NCBI GenBank assembly: GCA_036495625.1
Contig: DASXMQ010000185.1
Location: 1-60,263, forward strand
Length of the DNA: 60,263 nucleotides
Direction: 5' to 3'
From: Candidatus Binataceae bacterium
GTDB taxonomy: Bacteria; Desulfobacterota; Binatia; Binatales; Binataceae
In this document: positions 57,167 to 60,263 of the stretch, piece by piece
Layout: the number at the start of each line of letters is the position of its first letter
How positions within the stretch are numbered: position 1 is the first letter of the stretch
The notes under the pieces: model-generated
The model's database searches: none
Told to the model about the DNA's origin: nothing
The model's input: the letters and a program-made list of their open reading frames with translations, nothing else
Translations under genes and position numbers: made by a program

Positions 57167-57469
57167 CTAGTTGCTGGGGGCTGGCGGCGGCGTGCCCGAA
57201 TCGCTCCCGCCGCCACTCGTGCCGCCGCTCATACCGCCGCTCGAATCGCCACTCATCGTCGAGGAGGACTTCTTGTGGTGATGGCGCATCCCGTGATGCT
57301 TCTTCGTCGAGGGCGAGGCCTCGGCCCCCGGAGCGGCATTCTCAGCCGGAGCCGACGGTGCTGCCGCCGCCGGGGCAGCCGGGGCAGCAGGAGCCTGCGC
57401 CATCGCGACCGGAGCAGCCAGGGCCCCGGCGAAGAGCGCCGCACTCAAGATTGACAGAGTCCGCTTCAT
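57167..57469 (-). CDS. Secreted His-rich low-complexity mini-protein
   Basis: ORF 57167..57544 trimmed to ATG 57469 (AAGGAGAA SD). MKRTLSILSAALFAGALAAPVAMA/QAPAAP..STKKHHGMRHHHKKSSSTMSGDSSGGMSGGTSGGGSDSG.. Confidence 0.6.
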   Translation of the reverse strand: MKRTLSILSAALFAGALAAPVAMAQAPAAPAAPAAAAPSAPAENAAPGAEASPSTKKHHGMRHHHKKSSSTMSGDSSGGMSGGTSGGGSDSGTPPPAPSN

Positions 57470-57527
57470 ACAAGTTTCTCCTTTTCCTTTGACGGCTCTG
57501 CTCTGCAGGCCGCATGTCCAATACCCT

Positions 57528-57543
57528 TGCCATTGCCGTGCCA
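57528..57543 (-). promoter_or_regulatory. Sigma-54 (-24/-12) promoter candidate
   Basis: Minus strand TGGCACG-GCAA-TGGCA versus consensus TGGCACG-N4-TTGCW. GG and GC have the correct spacing. 58 nt upstream of ATG 57469. Confidence 0.5.
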
Positions 57544-57669
57544 TTTAAAAACCCAAGCCAAACAATCCAAACGCGCCGGGCATCCGCATGCAACTGACGC
57601 AGTTGGTCTAGCCGTCATACGTTTTGCGGCGCTGACCTTGATTTGCTTCCTCGGGGCGGAATCGCGCGG

Positions 57670-58416
57670 TTAGTTCCCTCGGCGCGCCGGCGCCTCGCCC
57701 TTGATGCGCGCGCTGCGCAGCCGTCCGTGGAGCAGAAACAGCTCCCGGAAGGCGCGCGCGATCACCTTGAGACTCGCTCCCGACTGCTCTCCCGTCAGCC
57801 GCGGCAAGTGACGCACCTCTACTTCGCAAATTTTCGCTCCGCGGCCCGCCAGCTGCGCCATCAGCTCAGCCGATATCATCGCGCCCTTGGCCTGCAGATC
57901 GATTCCCTCGAGCAGATCGCGCCGGAAGAGTTTCAGCCCGCAATCGATATCGCTGACCCGGATGCCCAGCAGAAACCGCATCAGCACGGTCCACGCCTTG
58001 CCGTTGACCCGCCGCATCAACGGGTCGGCGCGGCACGTCCGGTTACCGACAACTACATCATACTCCGGCGCCTTTGCCACGAGGCGGGCGATGTCGGACG
58101 CGTCGAACTGGCCGTCGCCGTCGCACAGCACGACCCAGGGCTCGCGGCAGGCGCCGATGCCGGAGATTACGGCGCCGCCGTAACCGCGATTGACCGGATG
58201 ATGGACCACCTTGATATGCGGATTGGCGGCCGCGAGGCGATCGGCGATTTCCCCGGTGCGGTCGCGGCTCCCGTCGTCGACGATTATGACTTCGTGACGC
58301 CCGGCGACGCGCGGGAGTTCAGCTTCGAGCGCCGCCGCCACGCGTTCGACATTGCCTTCCTCGTTGTGACAGGGCAGGAAGACGCTGATACCGGGCAGAT
58401 GAGCCCGTTCAGTCAC
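57670..58416 (-). CDS. Family 2 glycosyltransferase (polyprenyl-phosphate glycosyltransferase-like)
   Basis: ISVFLPCHNEEGN, VIIVDDGSRDRT, NRGYGGA, LCDGDGQFD. GTG 58416 proposed, overlapping the upstream flavin reductase stop by 8 nt. The tracked ORF extends to 58602. Confidence 0.8.
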   Translation of the reverse strand: MTERAHLPGISVFLPCHNEEGNVERVAAALEAELPRVAGRHEVIIVDDGSRDRTGEIADRLAAANPHIKVVHHPVNRGYGGAVISGIGACREPWVVLCDGDGQFDASDIARLVAKAPEYDVVVGNRTCRADPLMRRVNGKAWTVLMRFLLGIRVSDIDCGLKLFRRDLLEGIDLQAKGAMISAELMAQLAGRGAKICEVEVRHLPRLTGEQSGASLKVIARAFRELFLLHGRLRSARIKGEAPARRGN

Positions 58417-58885
58417 CGAGGGCGCGGTAGCCGCCACGGAAGAATAGCAGGGGCTTGCGATCGATGGTCGCGGCCTCCTGGATCTCACCCAGGTAGATAG
58501 TGTGGTCGCCGCCGGGATAGGTTGCGGCAAGCTTGCATTCGATGTAACCGAGCGTGCCGTCGATAATCGCGGCCCCGTTGGCGCCTGCCCGATAGGCGAC
58601 ACCCTCGAACTTGGGGCCGCCGCTGACCGCGAAGCGGCGCGACAGCGCTTCCTGGTCGTCGGCCAGTATGTTCACCGTGAAGACCTTGCTCTCCTCGAAG
58701 TAGGGATAGCTCTCGGCCTTCTTGTCCACCGAGATCAGCAGCAGCGGCGGGTCCAGCGAGACCGAGGTGAAGGCATTAGCCGTCAGCCCATAAGGCTTGC
58801 CGTCGCTGGAGATGGTGGTGATCACGGTGACGCCGGTGGCGAAATGTCCCATCACCCGGCGCAACTCATTTTTTTCGATAGCCAT
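58409..58885 (-). CDS. Flavin reductase family protein (FMN-binding split barrel)
   Basis: LRRVMGHFATGVTVITT..GLTANAFTSVSLDPPLLLISV..GDHTIYLGEI..FFRGGY. Confidence 0.85.
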   Translation of the reverse strand: MAIEKNELRRVMGHFATGVTVITTISSDGKPYGLTANAFTSVSLDPPLLLISVDKKAESYPYFEESKVFTVNILADDQEALSRRFAVSGGPKFEGVAYRAGANGAAIIDGTLGYIECKLAATYPGGDHTIYLGEIQEAATIDRKPLLFFRGGYRALGD

Positions 58886-58945
58886 CAGGGGTGCTCCGCG
58901 TTGGCGAATGGTAGCAGAGGGGTTTGGCGACGGTCAATTTGAAGT

Positions 58946-58977
58946 CCGGCGCCCGCGAAGGGCGCGCGCGGCGCCGG
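58946..58977 (-). terminator. GC-rich hairpin after the second flavin reductase gene (weak terminator candidate)
   Basis: CCGGCGCC..GGCGCCGG outer 8 bp with further inner pairing. The U-tract is poor (ACUUCAAAUUG). Confidence 0.3.
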
Positions 58978-59040
58978 GAGACCGTGCCGCTGGGGCTGCG
59001 ACAACACCCTACGCGAAGCTCCGCCAGTTACGGTCGATGG

Positions 59041-59553
59041 TTACCATCCGGAACGGTCGCGCGGCAGGACCTCGCGGCCGCCCAAATATACGTAGTCGAG
59101 ATCGAGCGAGGTCAGCGGGCGCTGATTGTTCGCCACGCGAACGCCCACCGGCTCCGCGACGAATATCGTATGGTCGCCGGCGACGACGCTATTCACCACT
59201 CGCGCCTCGATCGAGACCATCGCCTGCTTGAGCCAGGGCACGCCGAGGATGGGCGAAAGCTCGTATTCGATATCCGTCAGGTTGTCGGGGCGGCGCGCCC
59301 GCGATGAGTAGAAGTAGTCCTCCAGCGCCTTGCCGCGCGCGCCCACGATGTTGAAGCCGAAGACCCCCGTGCGCGCCAGTGCGGCGCGCGAGAAATGATC
59401 GTTGTCGACGGCCGCCGTAAAGAGCGCCGGCTCGCCCGAGACCTGGCTTGTCCACGACGACGACATCCCGTGATGATGGCCGCCGTCGACCACGGTCAGC
59501 ACGTAAATACCGGTGGTGAGGGACGAGAGGGCGCGCGCGAGATCCTTATCCAT
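59041..59553 (-). CDS. Flavin reductase family protein
   Basis: ORF 59041..59634 trimmed to ATG 59553 (MDKDLARALSSLTTGIYVLT). GMSSSWTSQVSGEPALFTAAV, GDHTIFVAEPV. Confidence 0.75.
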   Translation of the reverse strand: MDKDLARALSSLTTGIYVLTVVDGGHHHGMSSSWTSQVSGEPALFTAAVDNDHFSRAALARTGVFGFNIVGARGKALEDYFYSSRARRPDNLTDIEYELSPILGVPWLKQAMVSIEARVVNSVVAGDHTIFVAEPVGVRVANNQRPLTSLDLDYVYLGGREVLPRDRSGW

Positions 59554-59648
59554 CGAAGCACCAGCTCCAGCTAAAAGGTTGCGAATCCTATTGTCAGCGG
59601 CTTGCAACTGAGTTTTGAGAATCGCCCGTTGCAAAGGCTAGTCGAGAA

Positions 59649-59677
59649 TTGACCCGGCGGCCAAGCTCTTCCACAAT
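59649..59677 (+). promoter_or_regulatory. Sigma-70-like promoter candidate TTGACC-N17-CACAAT
   Basis: -35 at 59649..59654 and -10 at 59672..59677, about 40 nt upstream of ATG 59718. Confidence 0.3.
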
Positions 59678-59717
59678 GACTCTTGCGGTGGCGGGGAACG
59701 ATGCGGGTCACGATTCG

Positions 59718-60263
59718 ATGAAACGGGTTCAGCGCTCCGCTCCTGTGGGAGCGATTTTAGCTATAGCGAGCGCGATCGGATGGGTCGCGGGCGCGTCTGC
59801 GCTTGATTATCCCGCACGCGCCGCAGCGGGCGCGACGCCATCCGCGGTGGCGACGCCCGCGGCGCCGTCCGTAGCGTCCGCTGCGGCCGCCGCGGCACCG
59901 GCCGCCGCCGGCCAAGGCGTCGTATCGTCTCTTCCGAGGCCCGGGCAATGGGTGGTGCTGCCGCCGGTTGTACCGGCGGCGGCAGCGCCGAGTCTTGGCG
60001 TAGCCCCTTACTCCACACCGACGCCTGCGGCGGCAATCGCAGCCGCCATAGCGACCCCCGTCACGCCTGCGGCCGCAGTTGCTGCCGCGACCCCGTTCGC
60101 CGCGGCGACTGCCACGGCAACTCCGGCTGCGGCCGCAATTGCGGCGACGCCGCTTGCGACGCCGGCCGCTCTGGCTGCCGTACCCGCTCCGTCCGCGGCT
60201 TCCGCAACGCCGCCAGCAGCGACGGGCGCCGCCGCCGTTTCGGCGGCGGCGCCAGTCGCTGCT
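59718..60263 (+). CDS. Secreted Ala/Pro/Thr-rich protein (3' end outside window)
   Basis: Hand translation MKRVQRSAPVGAILAIASAIGWVAGASALDYP.., then Ala/Pro-rich repeats (ATPVTPAAAVAAATPFAAATATATPAAAAIAATPLATPAA). The frame is open to the window end. Confidence 0.5.
   Translation, partial: MKRVQRSAPVGAILAIASAIGWVAGASALDYPARAAAGATPSAVATPAAPSVASAAAAAAPAAAGQGVVSSLPRPGQWVVLPPVVPAAAAPSLGVAPYSTPTPAAAIAAAIATPVTPAAAVAAATPFAAATATATPAAAAIAATPLATPAALAAVPAPSAASATPPAATGAAAVSAAAPVAA

Overview
GC-rich bacterial chromosomal segment: third codon positions are mostly G/C, and there are many long Arg/Ala-rich antisense ORFs. It carries about 57 densely packed protein genes. I recognised no rRNA, tRNA, CRISPR array, transposase or integrase. 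The content points to a diderm, LPS-making, sigma-54-using bacterium. A 9-kb co-directional minus-strand block runs kdsB-pyrG-kdsA-(small membrane protein)-lptC-lptA-rpoN-hpf-ptsN-rapZ, without lptB. Other envelope genes are hldE, murJ and a PBP5-type DD-carboxypeptidase. Further modules: oxalate catabolism (oxc-frc, overlapping stop/start), rpoZ-rpoH, a LysR regulator divergent from glutaryl-CoA dehydrogenase, metK-ahcY, class I lysyl-tRNA synthetase and hemW. A 9-kb oxidoreductase island holds 2 VOC, an LLM/F420-type enzyme, 3 SDR, an AbfD/HpaB-family flavoenzyme, an acyltransferase_3 and a MetE-like protein. Main observations: (1) an ArsC/Spx-family gene whose first CxxC cysteine is an in-frame TGA followed by a SECIS-like hairpin, a probable selenoprotein truncated in the ORF track; (2) a self-contained unit of sigma-54-type promoter, His-rich secreted mini-protein and strong terminator; (3) an untracked 42-aa hyper-basic ORF with its own terminator; (4) murJ with a conserved N-terminus but no canonical start codon; (5) recurrent 9-15 bp tandem duplications on gene starts and stops; (6) an AbfD homologue lacking the Fe-S ligands. 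All functional calls come from motif recognition by eye and recalled reference sequences; no database search was run.
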